Shown piece after piece: positions 28,365 to 38,379 of a DNA stretch of 64,000 bases (its first letter is position 1; every line of letters starts with the position of its first letter). This stretch comes from a bacterium. Lineage in GTDB: Bacteria > Patescibacteriota > Minisyncoccia > Moranbacterales > UBA2206. The DNA lies in NCBI GenBank assembly GCA_030654225.1, contig JAURXY010000026.1:10448-74447 (forward strand). Reading direction: 5' to 3'. A program made the position numbers and the translations under genes. Under the pieces are notes generated by a model. It searched no databases. It was not told the origin of the DNA and saw nothing but the letters and a program-made list of their open reading frames with translations.

Positions 28365-29014
28365 AATATAATTTTAGTATTATACCTGCAAAAACAAAAA
28401 AAGCGTTTGTTTTTTTGTCTGGACAAAATTGGCTTAGCGAAAGCGGATGGTATTTGGCTGGTGGAACTGCGCTGGCATTGCAAACAGGGAATCGCAAGTC
28501 AGTGGATTTGGATTTTTTTACCGTAGAAAAAGATTTTGATAAATCAGAATTGCTTGAAAATTTTTCAGAAAATAAAGAATGGAAAACTACCCTAAATAGA
28601 AAAAATACCGTTTATGGCGAACTGTCTAAGGCCAAAATAAGTTTTATCGCTTATCCTTTTTTTGTTCCTAAACAAGAATTTATCCAATATGGTTCGATTA
28701 AAATTTTGCAACCGCGCGATATTGCCGTAATGAAAATTATCGCCATTTCACAACGCGGACGCAAGCGTGATTTTTTTGATCTGTATTGGTGTGCAAAAAA
28801 TGTGGAATCATTAGAAGATTTGATAATAAGATTGAAAGTGCAATATCCTTTTGTGGCACACGATTATCATCATATTTTGAAAAGTTTAGTTTATTTTCAA
28901 GACGCAGAAAATGATCCACTGCCAGATATCACTTTTAAGGCGGATTGGAAAGAAATTAAGGATTATTTTAAAAAAGAAATTTTACGCATTACCAAAAAAA
29001 TAATCTTAAAATAG
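28337..29014 (+). CDS. nucleotidyltransferase AbiEii/AbiGii-family toxin (DUF1814)
   Basis: LAGGTALALQTGNRKSVDLDFF signature. Confidence 0.75.
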   Translation: MDNASRKQIEYNFSIIPAKTKKAFVFLSGQNWLSESGWYLAGGTALALQTGNRKSVDLDFFTVEKDFDKSELLENFSENKEWKTTLNRKNTVYGELSKAKISFIAYPFFVPKQEFIQYGSIKILQPRDIAVMKIIAISQRGRKRDFFDLYWCAKNVESLEDLIIRLKVQYPFVAHDYHHILKSLVYFQDAENDPLPDITFKADWKEIKDYFKKEILRITKKIILK

Positions 29015-29025
29015 AAAAAGCATTA

Positions 29026-29072
29026 AACAAATTTAAATTCCGTAGAGACGAGGCACTGCCTCGTCTTTTTTG
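29026..29072 (+). terminator. REP-like terminator hairpin (copy 2 of direct repeat)
   Basis: same hairpin and flanks as 28025-28070. Confidence 0.7.
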
Positions 29073-29171
29073 TGGCAAGGATTGCTTTTTTGATTGGGAT
29101 GTGCTTGTATGATGATAAGTTATTTTAACAAAAATTTTATCAACGCATAAAATATATATAAGGGGGAAATT

Positions 29172-29477
29172 ATGAAAAAATTCACGGTTAACATGATAAG
29201 AAAAACTCCCGACTTTTCGGAGGTTATAAATTGTTTTTCAAGCCAAGAGCGAAAATATTATTGTCATGAAATAGATAAATTAAGAGTGACATTTTTCGAC
29301 TATGGTTTGATTGAAGTCTTTATCATGAAAGTAAATCCAGCAGGGCCGGATGTAGCTAGAATAAGCTTGATTGGTTATGACGGATATGATGGGCTCCCAA
29401 TTTGGGATGTGAGAGGAGTGTTCAGAATGATTATGAAAGAGGTAATCGAAAAAATTTCGATGCCAAACTTACTATAA
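29172..29477 (+). CDS. hypothetical protein (strong SD)
   Basis: AAGGGGGAAATT-ATG. Confidence 0.4.
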   Translation: MKKFTVNMIRKTPDFSEVINCFSSQERKYYCHEIDKLRVTFFDYGLIEVFIMKVNPAGPDVARISLIGYDGYDGLPIWDVRGVFRMIMKEVIEKISMPNLL

Positions 29478-29493
29478 TTTTAAGGAGGTAGCC

Positions 29494-29691
29494 ATGAAAA
29501 AAAAGGGAATAAATCCAGAAATTGAAGCGGAAGAAAAAGTAACTACTGAAATTAAGCAGTTTCTTGAAGAAAAAGGAATTTTTGAGAAAATCAACCTGCG
29601 TGTAAAAAAACATATCGCACATCTCGGATTGACTGATTTTGAGGAAGACAATTTTATTCGCAAATGCTTCCACGAAGCATTGCATTATTAA
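29494..29691 (+). CDS. hypothetical small protein (strong SD)
   Basis: TAAGGAGGTAGCC-ATG. Confidence 0.4.
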   Translation: MKKKGINPEIEAEEKVTTEIKQFLEEKGIFEKINLRVKKHIAHLGLTDFEEDNFIRKCFHEALHY

Positions 29692-29805
29692 CTGTGTTAC
29701 CAGGCATTCCCCTTCTCTCATTTACGCATTGGCGTGATAGAGAGGCGGGGATTTTTTATTTGTCGCAAAAATTGTGGTAAAATATTTTATATAAAATTGT
29801 AGGCG

Positions 29806-29833
29806 GTAGAGACGCAAAATTTTGCGTCTCTAC
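29806..29833. repeat. 28-bp perfect palindrome GTAGAGACGCAAAATTTTGCGTCTCTAC (REP-like), copy 1, 25 bp upstream of RAYT gene
   Basis: exact copies at 30147-30174 and 54579-54606. Confidence 0.9.
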
Positions 29834-29858
29834 GATGTGATATAATACAAAAATAAAA

Positions 29859-30416
29859 ATGTCAGAATTATTCAAAAACAAATACACAATTAAATCATCC
29901 AGATTATCAAATTATGATTATTCTCAAAATGGAATGTACTTCGTTACGATTTGCACGAAAGACAAGGAATATTTTTTTGGGGAGGTGAAAAATGGGGGAA
30001 TGGTGTTGAATGATGTGGGGAAAATGGCAGATAAATATTGGCGCGAAATTCCAGCGCATTTTCCATTTGTAAGATTAGATGAATTTGTTGTAATGCCCAA
30101 TCATGTGCATGGGATTGTGGAAATTGCAAAAAACATTGATGCTAGCGTAGAGACGCAAAATTTTGCGTCTCTACAGGGCGAAAGGGGAAATAAATTTGGT
30201 CCACAATCAAAAAATTTAGCCTCTATAATTCGTGGTTTTAAGGTGGGGGTAAAAAAATATACAACAAAAAATGAAATTTATTTCCAATGGCAACCCCGTT
30301 ATTACGACCAAATAATTCGAAACGAAATTTCCCTAAACAAAATTCGTGAATATATCCAAATTAATCCGCAGATGTGGGAAAGAGATAAAAACAGTTTAGA
30401 AAATATATTTATGTAA
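29859..30416 (+). CDS. REP-associated tyrosine transposase (RAYT) / IS200-like HuH transposase
   Basis: HuH motif MPNHVHGIV; C-terminal EYIQINP and RYYDQ Tyr region; contains in-frame REP copy 2. Confidence 0.7.
   Translation: MSELFKNKYTIKSSRLSNYDYSQNGMYFVTICTKDKEYFFGEVKNGGMVLNDVGKMADKYWREIPAHFPFVRLDEFVVMPNHVHGIVEIAKNIDASVETQNFASLQGERGNKFGPQSKNLASIIRGFKVGVKKYTTKNEIYFQWQPRYYDQIIRNEISLNKIREYIQINPQMWERDKNSLENIFM
30147..30174. repeat. REP-like 28-bp palindrome copy 2, in-frame inside RAYT ORF (encodes SVETQNFASLQ)
   Basis: exact palindrome. Confidence 0.9.
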
Positions 30417-30478
30417 TTTTCCATTGACATCCAATTTTAAATAAGTTAGCATTAATTTATCAAGTTAAAATAAAATTT

Positions 30479-30757
30479 ATGTTAGACAAAAAACTCAAAG
30501 AAGCGCTTGATCTCTTGGGAGGAAAAGCGGTGATAAAAGACCAAGAACAATATTATGTGATTCTCAGCCTTTTGGAATTTAAGAAAATAAAGAAAGAAGG
30601 CATAGAAGGCTTGACAAAACAAGAATTGGTTGATAAAATCAATAATGATATAGCAAGCTGGAAAGTGATCCAAGAAGAGGAAAAAATTGAAGATATGGAT
30701 CTTAGCGAAATGAGTGAAGCGAAAAGTGAGGAAATACGCTATGAAAAGACGCAGTAG
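30479..30757 (+). CDS. hypothetical protein
   Basis: 92 aa ORF; acidic C-terminus. Confidence 0.35.
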   Translation: MLDKKLKEALDLLGGKAVIKDQEQYYVILSLLEFKKIKKEGIEGLTKQELVDKINNDIASWKVIQEEEKIEDMDLSEMSEAKSEEIRYEKTQ

Positions 30758-30931
30758 GTCTTATCCACAGCAATAAATATACGGGGGACTTGCCAAAATA
30801 ATAAAAGTGTATTAAACTAAATTTTGTAATATATAACTTAATAAAAAATCGCGACTAATTGCGAATCCGGTATTTATTCCGGAATTTTCCGCTCTGGCGG
30901 GGAATGCAAAAATCGCGCCAAAATTAAAACT

Positions 30932-32125
30932 ATGGCAGCAGAAAAATTTGAAAGAACTAAACCTCATGTTAACGTCGGAACTATCGGCCACGTTGATCAT
31001 GGCAAAACCACTTTGACAGCGGCTATTCTTCATGTCTTGGCTTTCAAGGGACAAGCTAAGGAAAAAGGAATTGATGAAATTGACAAAGCTCCAGAAGAGA
31101 AAGAACGAGGGATTACCATCGCTACTGCTCATTGTGAATATGAAACTGAAAAGAGACATTATGCTCATGTTGACTGCCCAGGACATGCTGACTATATCAA
31201 AAATATGATCACAGGTGCAGCTCAAATGGATGGCGCGATTATCGTTGTAGCAGCTACTGATGGTCCTATGCCTCAGACTCGAGAACACATTCTTCTTGCT
31301 AATCAGGTGGGTGTTTCTGAAATAGTAGTATTTTTGAACAAAGTTGATATGGTGGACGATCCAGAATTGGTTGATCTAGTTGAAGCAGAAATCCGAGAAC
31401 TTCTCACTAAGTATGAATTTGATGGAGAAAATGCCAAGGTTATTCGTGGATCAGCTTTGAAAGCCCTTGAATCAAAATCAGCTGACGACGAAGCTGCTAA
31501 ACCAATCTTTGAACTTATGGCCGCATTGGATGAAAAAATTCCTGAGCCAGTGAGAGAAACAGAAAAAGATTTCCTTATGCCAATTGAAGATATTTTCTCC
31601 ATTGAAGGCCGAGGAACAGTAGTGACCGGAAGAATTGAAAGAGGTACAATCAACATCAATACTGAAGTTGAAATTGTGGGAATTCGTCCAACGCAAAAAA
31701 CTATTGTTACAGGAATTGAAATGTTCAACAAATCTCTTGATAGCGGACAAGCGGGAGATAATGCCGGAGTATTGCTTCGTGGAACTAAAAAGGAAGATGT
31801 AGAGCGAGGCCAAGTTTTGGCAAAACCAGGATCAATTACCCCACACACTGAATTTAACGGCGAAGTTTACATTTTGACCAAAGAAGAAGGCGGAAGACAC
31901 ACTCCATTTTTCAAAGGCTACAAACCTCAATTCTATATCCGAACAACTGATGTGACTGGAGAAGTGGTGCTACCGGAAGGAACTGAAATGGTTATGCCGG
32001 GAGACACAGTGAGTTTTGAAGTTAAATTAGGAGCACCCGTAGCTATGGAAGAAGGAATGCGATTTGCTATTCGAGAAGGCGGAAAGACTGTTGGTGCTGG
32101 AGTGGTGACAAAAATTATAAAATAA
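30932..32125 (+). CDS. tuf: elongation factor Tu
   Basis: [21 protein letters not shown]. Confidence 0.95.
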   Translation: MAAEKFERTKPHVNVGTIGHVDHGKTTLTAAILHVLAFKGQAKEKGIDEIDKAPEEKERGITIATAHCEYETEKRHYAHVDCPGHADYIKNMITGAAQMDGAIIVVAATDGPMPQTREHILLANQVGVSEIVVFLNKVDMVDDPELVDLVEAEIRELLTKYEFDGENAKVIRGSALKALESKSADDEAAKPIFELMAALDEKIPEPVRETEKDFLMPIEDIFSIEGRGTVVTGRIERGTININTEVEIVGIRPTQKTIVTGIEMFNKSLDSGQAGDNAGVLLRGTKKEDVERGQVLAKPGSITPHTEFNGEVYILTKEEGGRHTPFFKGYKPQFYIRTTDVTGEVVLPEGTEMVMPGDTVSFEVKLGAPVAMEEGMRFAIREGGKTVGAGVVTKIIK

Positions 32126-32230
32126 AGTATGCGAATAGCGCGCTACGAATGCGCACATGCGAATTGCTCCGAATTTTTTCGTAGATTCGTGTTCATTCGT
32201 AGTTTCGCATCGGATATTATTAAAAACTAA

Positions 32231-32557
32231 ATGTTGAAGGTAGTAGACGAAGTAAAACCAAGAATTAGGATTAAGATTAAGGCGTATGATCATAAGATTA
32301 TTGATCAATCAGCTAAACTTATCGTTGAAACAGCCCAGAGATCAGGCGCAAGTATTGCCGGACCAGTGCCTTTGCCTACCGAAATAAGAAGGTACACTGT
32401 TAACAAATCAACATTTGTTCATAAAGATTCTCGTGATCAATATGAAATGAGAATTCACAAAAGATTAATTGATATAATTAGCCCAACTCCAAAAACGATT
32501 GATAGTCTCACTAATCTAGATTTGCCAGCAGGAGTAGATGTGGAGATAAAAATGTAA
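32231..32557 (+). CDS. rpsJ: 30S ribosomal protein S10
   Basis: family match. Confidence 0.9.
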   Translation: MLKVVDEVKPRIRIKIKAYDHKIIDQSAKLIVETAQRSGASIAGPVPLPTEIRRYTVNKSTFVHKDSRDQYEMRIHKRLIDIISPTPKTIDSLTNLDLPAGVDVEIKM

Positions 32558-32771
32558 AATATTTCTAGTTAAAGTCTGTACCTGCCAAATTTTCTTACTT
32601 TGTTATATTATTCTCCAACTAAGGATAATGATTATCTGACCCAAACAGTTGAGGATATATAATAAGATAGGAAAATTAGGCAGGCGAGATACTCAACTAG
32701 CCAAGAAAGAAATTTCTATAAACTCGAAAGAGTTTCGGCTGGTAATGACCAGTTTTTATTTTTATAAAAAA

Positions 32772-33332
32772 ATGACAAAGTTTATTCTAGGAAAAAAAAT
32801 AGGAATGACAACGCTTTACAGCGAAGAAGGTGCACAGAATGTGACGCTAGTTGAATGTGGCGCCAAAGTTAGTTTGATTAGAGATGAAAAAAAGAATGGT
32901 TACAATGCTATTCAATTGGAAATAGATAAGACTAAAAATAAAAAGTATAAAAAAGAATTTAGAGTCAATGAAATAAAATTGGAGCAAGATGCTACCTTAG
33001 ATGTTTCTATTTTTGAAATTGGAGAAAAGGTGAAAGTCAGTGGAATTTCCAAGGCTAAAGGTTTCCAAGGTGTAGTTAAGAGGCATGGCTTTGCTGGTGG
33101 ACCAGCAAGTCATGGAGGAAAGCATAATCTTCGCCAACCAGGATCAATTGGTTCTGGATTTCCTGAACATGTTATGAAAGGCAAAAGAATGGCCGGTAGA
33201 ATGGGTGGAAAAAGAACAACTAGTAAAAATTTGAAAATTGTTTTTATTGATAAAGAAAAAAATATTTTAGGACTCGAAGGGGCTGTGCCAGGCGTAGCCG
33301 GTAGAGTTGTTGAAATTGTAAGTGTTAAATAA
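32772..33332 (+). CDS. rplC: 50S ribosomal protein L3
   Basis: start trimmed to MTKFILGKKIGMTT. Confidence 0.85.
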   Translation: MTKFILGKKIGMTTLYSEEGAQNVTLVECGAKVSLIRDEKKNGYNAIQLEIDKTKNKKYKKEFRVNEIKLEQDATLDVSIFEIGEKVKVSGISKAKGFQGVVKRHGFAGGPASHGGKHNLRQPGSIGSGFPEHVMKGKRMAGRMGGKRTTSKNLKIVFIDKEKNILGLEGAVPGVAGRVVEIVSVK

Positions 33333-33337
33333 CTATC

Positions 33338-33964
33338 ATGAAAATTGCTGTTTATAATATAGCCGGAGAAGAAGTTGAAAAAATGGAATTATCCGAAACT
33401 GTTTTTGGAGTGGAAAAAAACAATACCCTCATTCATCAAGCGATGGTAGCAATTCAATCCAATCAAAGACAAGTTCTAGCTCACACAAAAAACAGAGGGG
33501 ACAGAGCTGGCTCCGGGATCAAGCCATGGAAACAAAAAGGAACAGGCCGAGCGCGAGTAGGATCAGTTAGAAATCCTGCTTGGAAAAAAGGTGGAGTGGC
33601 TTTTGGACCAAGAAACGATCGAAATTTTACCAAGAAAATAAATAAGAAGATGAACGCCAAGGCAATTTTAATGGTTTTGAGCGCAAAACTCAAAGATAAG
33701 GAAATTGTTATTTTAGATAAATTTGATTTGAAAGACAAGAAAACTAAATCAATGGCCGATGTTTTGAAAAACCTGAAAATCAGTGCTAAAACTTTGATAT
33801 CTTTCTCAACTTCGGAAAAAGATCTTAGAATTGTTAGTCGAAATCTCAAAAAAACAGAAAATATCCTGACTAGTCAATTGAATGTTTTGGAAATGCTCAA
33901 AAATAAATTTTTGTTAATGTCAAAAGACTCAGTTAAATATTTGGAAGAAAAGTATAATAAATAA
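33338..33964 (+). CDS. rplD: 50S ribosomal protein L4
   Basis: family match. Confidence 0.9.
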   Translation: MKIAVYNIAGEEVEKMELSETVFGVEKNNTLIHQAMVAIQSNQRQVLAHTKNRGDRAGSGIKPWKQKGTGRARVGSVRNPAWKKGGVAFGPRNDRNFTKKINKKMNAKAILMVLSAKLKDKEIVILDKFDLKDKKTKSMADVLKNLKISAKTLISFSTSEKDLRIVSRNLKKTENILTSQLNVLEMLKNKFLLMSKDSVKYLEEKYNK

Positions 33965-33973
33965 TAGAAAAAA

Positions 33974-34288
33974 ATGGTTGAAGATAAAAAAGTAGAAAAT
34001 TCAAATATCGCTTCAAAAATACTTATTGAACCTTGGATAACTGAAGCGGCGACAATGGCTGGAGAACAGAATAAATATATTTTCAAAGTGGCTAAAAAAG
34101 CGACTAAGATTCAAATTAAAAAAGCAATCGAAGAATTATACAAAGTAAAAGTGATAACTGTCAGAACAATCAACATTCCAAGTAAAAAGAGAACAAGGGG
34201 AAGAGTAGTTGGAACAAAATCAGGCTACCGAAAAGCGATAGTGAAAATAAAAAAAGGAGAAAGCATTGATGTATTTGGAGGAAAATAA
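33974..34288 (+). CDS. rplW: 50S ribosomal protein L23
   Basis: family match. Confidence 0.9.
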   Translation: MVEDKKVENSNIASKILIEPWITEAATMAGEQNKYIFKVAKKATKIQIKKAIEELYKVKVITVRTINIPSKKRTRGRVVGTKSGYRKAIVKIKKGESIDVFGGK

Positions 34289-34311
34289 TTTAGAGAGTTA
34301 ACTAAACCAAA

Positions 34312-35145
34312 ATGGCGATTAAAATTTATAAACGAAATACAGCTGGTAGAAGAAACATGTCAATCGTGAAATCTTCTATGATAACCGACCAAAAACCGGA
34401 GAAATCTCTTTTGGCGAAAATGACTAAGAAAGCTGGAAGATCCGGTGGAAAAATTTCTGTTCGTCATCAAGGTGGTGGAGCAAAGCAAAGATATCGAAAG
34501 GTTGATTTTATGCAAGATAAATTTGGTATCTGGGGACGCGTGGCCTCAATTGAAAAAGATCCAGTCAGAAGTGCTTTTATCGCTCTTATAAACTACGTTG
34601 ATGGAGAAAAGAGATATGTTTTGGCTCCAGAAGGTTTGGCAGTTGATCAAAAAATAATCACCCAAGAAGATGCTCCGATAAAATTAGGTAATCGCGCCAA
34701 GGTGAAAAATATTCCTATCGGAACAATTGTTTCCAATTTGGAACTTTTCCCTAGCCGTGGAGGGCAAATTGCAAGAAGCGCTGGCTCAGGGGCAACTCTT
34801 ACCGCCATAGATCAAAAAACTGCTCAAGTAAAAATGTCTTCCGGAGAAATTCGCTTGATAAGTAGTGAATGCTATGCTACTATCGGTCAAGTAAGTAATT
34901 TTGAACATAGTTCTGTTACGATTGGAAAAGCTGGTAGAAAAAGACATATGGGAGTGCGACCAGGAGTGCGAGGCTCAGCTATGAATCCAGTTGATCATCC
35001 ACACGGTGGAGGTGAAGGCCGACAAGGAATTGGACTTAAACATCCAAAAACTCCATGGGGAAAGATAGCTCTTGGTAAGAAAACCAGAAAGAAGAAAAAA
35101 TATAGTAATAAATTCATAATCAAAAGAAGAACTAAGAGAAAATAA
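34312..35145 (+). CDS. rplB: 50S ribosomal protein L2 (basic C-terminal tail)
   Basis: family match. Confidence 0.95.
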   Translation: MAIKIYKRNTAGRRNMSIVKSSMITDQKPEKSLLAKMTKKAGRSGGKISVRHQGGGAKQRYRKVDFMQDKFGIWGRVASIEKDPVRSAFIALINYVDGEKRYVLAPEGLAVDQKIITQEDAPIKLGNRAKVKNIPIGTIVSNLELFPSRGGQIARSAGSGATLTAIDQKTAQVKMSSGEIRLISSECYATIGQVSNFEHSSVTIGKAGRKRHMGVRPGVRGSAMNPVDHPHGGGEGRQGIGLKHPKTPWGKIALGKKTRKKKKYSNKFIIKRRTKRK

Positions 35146-35487
35146 ATGACAAGAAGTCTAAAAAAAGGTCTTTACGTTGACGAAAGACTTATCAAGAAAA
35201 TTAAAGATAAAAAACCGGGGGATCGAACTCCAATTAAGACTTGGTCTCGCGCCTCGGTAATTTCTCCAGAAATGGTTGGTTTCACTTTTGGTGTGCACAA
35301 TGGCAAGGATCATATTCCAGTTTTGGTTTCTGAAGAAATGGTGGGACATAAATTAGGAGAATTTTCTCCAACCAAGAAGTTTGTCCGTCACGGAGGAAAG
35401 ATGCAAAAAGAATTAGAAACAGCCGCTAAACAAAAAGAATTAGATGCTTCAAAAGCAGCTAAAGCCTCAACAGACACCAAGAAATAA
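35146..35487 (+). CDS. rpsS: 30S ribosomal protein S19 (C-terminal K/A-rich extension)
   Basis: family match. Confidence 0.9.
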   Translation: MTRSLKKGLYVDERLIKKIKDKKPGDRTPIKTWSRASVISPEMVGFTFGVHNGKDHIPVLVSEEMVGHKLGEFSPTKKFVRHGGKMQKELETAAKQKELDASKAAKASTDTKK

Positions 35488-35499
35488 TATTCAACAATT

Positions 35500-36039
35500 A
35501 TGAAAGTTAATGCAAAATTAAACAATTTGAGAATCGCTCCAAGAAAGTCAAAATTAGTGGCTGATTTGATAAAGGGTCTAGATGTTTTGGAAGCACTTGA
35601 TCAACTTGAAGCACATGTCAAAAGAACTAGTCCGCACATGAAAAAATTGCTTCTAAGCGCAATTGCTAATGCGGAAAATAATTTTGGATTAGACAAGAAT
35701 AACCTATATGTATATGAAGCTAGAATCGGAGCAGGACCAACCATGAAACGCTGGATGCCAAAAGCTTTCGGAAGAGCGGGTGAGATTTTGAAAAGAACAT
35801 CAAAAATAGAAATTATCCTAGAAGAGAGAGTAGAAGGAAAGAATAGAAAAACTAAGGAAGAAATGGAAGCGGAAATGAAAAAAAGAGAAAAAGAAAGAAG
35901 GAAGGAAGAAAAAGAACAAAAAGAAACACAGGAAAAATCAGGTAAGGATTCAGATAAAAAAGGTGGAGAAGAACATGCCAAAAAAGAAACTCCTAATAAG
36001 GGTTGGGCAAAAAAAATATTCCAAAGAAAATCAATGTAA
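35500..36039 (+). CDS. rplV: 50S ribosomal protein L22 with about 70-aa K/E-rich C-terminal extension
   Basis: family match over first 110 aa. Confidence 0.9.
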   Translation: MKVNAKLNNLRIAPRKSKLVADLIKGLDVLEALDQLEAHVKRTSPHMKKLLLSAIANAENNFGLDKNNLYVYEARIGAGPTMKRWMPKAFGRAGEILKRTSKIEIILEERVEGKNRKTKEEMEAEMKKREKERRKEEKEQKETQEKSGKDSDKKGGEEHAKKETPNKGWAKKIFQRKSM

Positions 36040-36060
36040 TTTAGTATAAATTAGCAAATT

Positions 36061-36717
36061 ATGGGACATAAAGTAAATCCAATTGGATTCCGCATGGGGA
36101 TAACTCAAGACTGGAAATCTAAATGGTTTAGTAAAAGAGAATATACAAAAAACCTCAAGCAAGATATTGAAATTAGAGGTGGTGTTTCTAAAAAATGGAA
36201 AGCGGCTTTTATCGCTGAAGTAGAAATAGAAAGATCAGCTAAAATGATTCGAGTAATCATAAAAACTGCTAGACCAGGAGTGCTAATAGGACGCGGTGGC
36301 AGTGGCATTGAAGATATCAAAAGCTATATTCAAAAGAATTTTTTCAAAGGTAACAAGAATATGAATTTGAAAGTGGATATTCAGGAAGTTAAGAATATGG
36401 AAGAGAGCGCTGCAATTATGGCGCAAAATATCGCCGATCAACTAGAAAAAAGATTACCTTTCCGAAAAGCTATGAAATCAGCATTGGAACAAGTAATGAA
36501 GAATAAAAATATCAAAGGAGTGAAAATAGAAATGTCTGGAAGATTAGGTGGCGCTGAAATGAGTCGCAGAGAATGGTCAGCCAAAGGAACATTGCCCCTT
36601 CACACTATGCGATGTGATATCGATTTTTCTAGAGCAACGGCCTATACGACATATGGAACACTGGGAGTGAAAGTTTGGTTATATAAAGGTGAAGTTTTTG
36701 AAAAGAGTGTAAATTAA
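36061..36717 (+). CDS. rpsC: 30S ribosomal protein S3
   Basis: KH domain, family match. Confidence 0.95.
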   Translation: MGHKVNPIGFRMGITQDWKSKWFSKREYTKNLKQDIEIRGGVSKKWKAAFIAEVEIERSAKMIRVIIKTARPGVLIGRGGSGIEDIKSYIQKNFFKGNKNMNLKVDIQEVKNMEESAAIMAQNIADQLEKRLPFRKAMKSALEQVMKNKNIKGVKIEMSGRLGGAEMSRREWSAKGTLPLHTMRCDIDFSRATAYTTYGTLGVKVWLYKGEVFEKSVN

Positions 36718-36747
36718 TTATAAAGAAAATAGAATTTTGCAAATATT

Positions 36748-37158
36748 ATGTTGATGCCAAAAAAAGTAAAACACAGAAAGATCCAACGTGGAGGGAAAAT
36801 CCGCGGAACAGCTCATCGCGGTAATGAGATTAGTTTTGGCAGTTTTGGTTTGAAATCTATGGGTGCGAGCTTAGTTACTGCTCGTCAGATAGAAGCCTCC
36901 AGACGCGCAATGACTAGATATGTTCAACGTGGAGGAAAAATTTGGATTAGAATTTTCCCTGACAAGCCAATGACGAAAAAAGGAGATGAAACTCCGATGG
37001 GTAAAGGAAAAGGTGCAGTGGATCATTTTGTAGCAGTGGTGAAACCAGGAACAATGTTATTTGAAATGGATGGCGTGAAGAGAGAAATTGCTAAGGAAGC
37101 GATGCGACTTGCAGCTTATAAATTAAATGTAAAGACTAAATTTGTTGAAAAAGAATAA
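36748..37158 (+). CDS. rplP: 50S ribosomal protein L16
   Basis: family match. Confidence 0.95.
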   Translation: MLMPKKVKHRKIQRGGKIRGTAHRGNEISFGSFGLKSMGASLVTARQIEASRRAMTRYVQRGGKIWIRIFPDKPMTKKGDETPMGKGKGAVDHFVAVVKPGTMLFEMDGVKREIAKEAMRLAAYKLNVKTKFVEKE

Positions 37159-37220
37159 GATGACCGATGCGAAACTACGAATGATATGCGAATCTACGAA
37201 TAATAAGATATGAAAAAATT

Positions 37221-37406
37221 ATGAAGATAAAAGAATTACGAGAAAAAAATACTGAAGAGCTGAAAAAAATGCTTTTGGAAAAACAAGAAAAAGTCCGAAA
37301 GCTTAGATTTGATATTGCTGTAAAGCAAGTGAAAAATACTCGAGAGCTGAGAGGTGAAAAAAAAGATATTGCTCGAATAAATACTTTAATTAATGAAAAA
37401 CAATAA
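37221..37406 (+). CDS. rpmC: 50S ribosomal protein L29
   Basis: family match. Confidence 0.85.
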   Translation: MKIKELREKNTEELKKMLLEKQEKVRKLRFDIAVKQVKNTRELRGEKKDIARINTLINEKQ

Positions 37407-37411
37407 AGAAA

Positions 37412-37660
37412 ATGGAAAATAATTCAAATAGCAATAAAATACTCGCGAAAAAGAAAGGTACGGTAGTTAGTGACAAGGGCAATAAGACCGCTATTATTGC
37501 TGTGGATATATTCAAAACTCATAAAAAATATCAGAAAAGATATAAATCAACCAAAAGATATAAGGCTCATGATGAAGAAAACAAATGTAAAATTGGCGAT
37601 ACAGTAGAGATAGTGGCTTGTCGACCAATGAGTAAGGATAAAAAATATAAAGTAGTTTAG
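37412..37660 (+). CDS. rpsQ: 30S ribosomal protein S17
   Basis: family match. Confidence 0.9.
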   Translation: MENNSNSNKILAKKKGTVVSDKGNKTAIIAVDIFKTHKKYQKRYKSTKRYKAHDEENKCKIGDTVEIVACRPMSKDKKYKVV

Positions 37661-37666
37661 AAATAT

Positions 37667-38032
37667 ATGATACAAGCTCAGACAAAATTAAAGGTAGCTG
37701 ATAACAGTGGAGCAAAAATGATTCAATGCTTCAAGGTTTTAGGTGGATCAAAAAGACGCTTTGCCAGTATTGGTGATATTGTTGTGGCTTCAGTAAAAAC
37801 AGCTGAGCCTCGTGGAATAGTGAAAAAAGGAGATAAGGTACGAGCCGTGATCGTTAGACAAAGAAAAGAATTTAGAAGAAAAGATGGATCATATATTCGA
37901 TTTGATGAAAATGCCGCAGTAATTTTGGAAAACAAAGAACCAAAAGGGACTAGAATTTTTGGACCGATTGCTAGAGAAATCAGAGATAAGGGATTTAGCA
38001 AGATAATTTCTCTCGCGCCAGAAGTTCTATAA
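37667..38032 (+). CDS. rplN: 50S ribosomal protein L14
   Basis: family match. Confidence 0.95.
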   Translation: MIQAQTKLKVADNSGAKMIQCFKVLGGSKRRFASIGDIVVASVKTAEPRGIVKKGDKVRAVIVRQRKEFRRKDGSYIRFDENAAVILENKEPKGTRIFGPIAREIRDKGFSKIISLAPEVL

Positions 38033-38053
38033 TTTAAAGTTATAAGAAATATT

Positions 38054-38359
38054 ATGAAGATAAAGAAAAATGATTTAGTGAAAATGCTAGCAGGCAAGGA
38101 CTCCGGAAAAACTGGGAAAGTTTTGCAAGCGGTTCCGCAGGATGGCAAAGTTGTTGTGGAAGGTTTGAATATCATGAAAAAACATTCTAAGCCGAGGAAA
38201 CAGGGAGAAAAAGGACAACGAATTGAAGTGCCGAGAAAAGTTCAGATTTCTAATGTAATGTTGATTTGTCCAAAATGCGCAAAACCTACTAGAGTGGGAT
38301 ACAAACTATTAGATGGAAAGAAACAAAGAATTTGTAAAAAATGCCAAGGAGAAATATAA
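38054..38359 (+). CDS. rplX: 50S ribosomal protein L24 (C-terminal zinc-ribbon-like CxxC ... CxxC)
   Basis: KOW motif + Cys pairs. Confidence 0.9.
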   Translation: MKIKKNDLVKMLAGKDSGKTGKVLQAVPQDGKVVVEGLNIMKKHSKPRKQGEKGQRIEVPRKVQISNVMLICPKCAKPTRVGYKLLDGKKQRICKKCQGEI

Positions 38360-38379
38360 TAAATATTTAAAGAAAGATC

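Noticed and set aside
20592-30769. DnaA boxes as a replication origin
   Set aside because: The three boxes are 4-6 kb apart, there is no cluster or AT-rich DUE, and there is no dnaA/dnaN nearby. More likely regulatory or repeat words.
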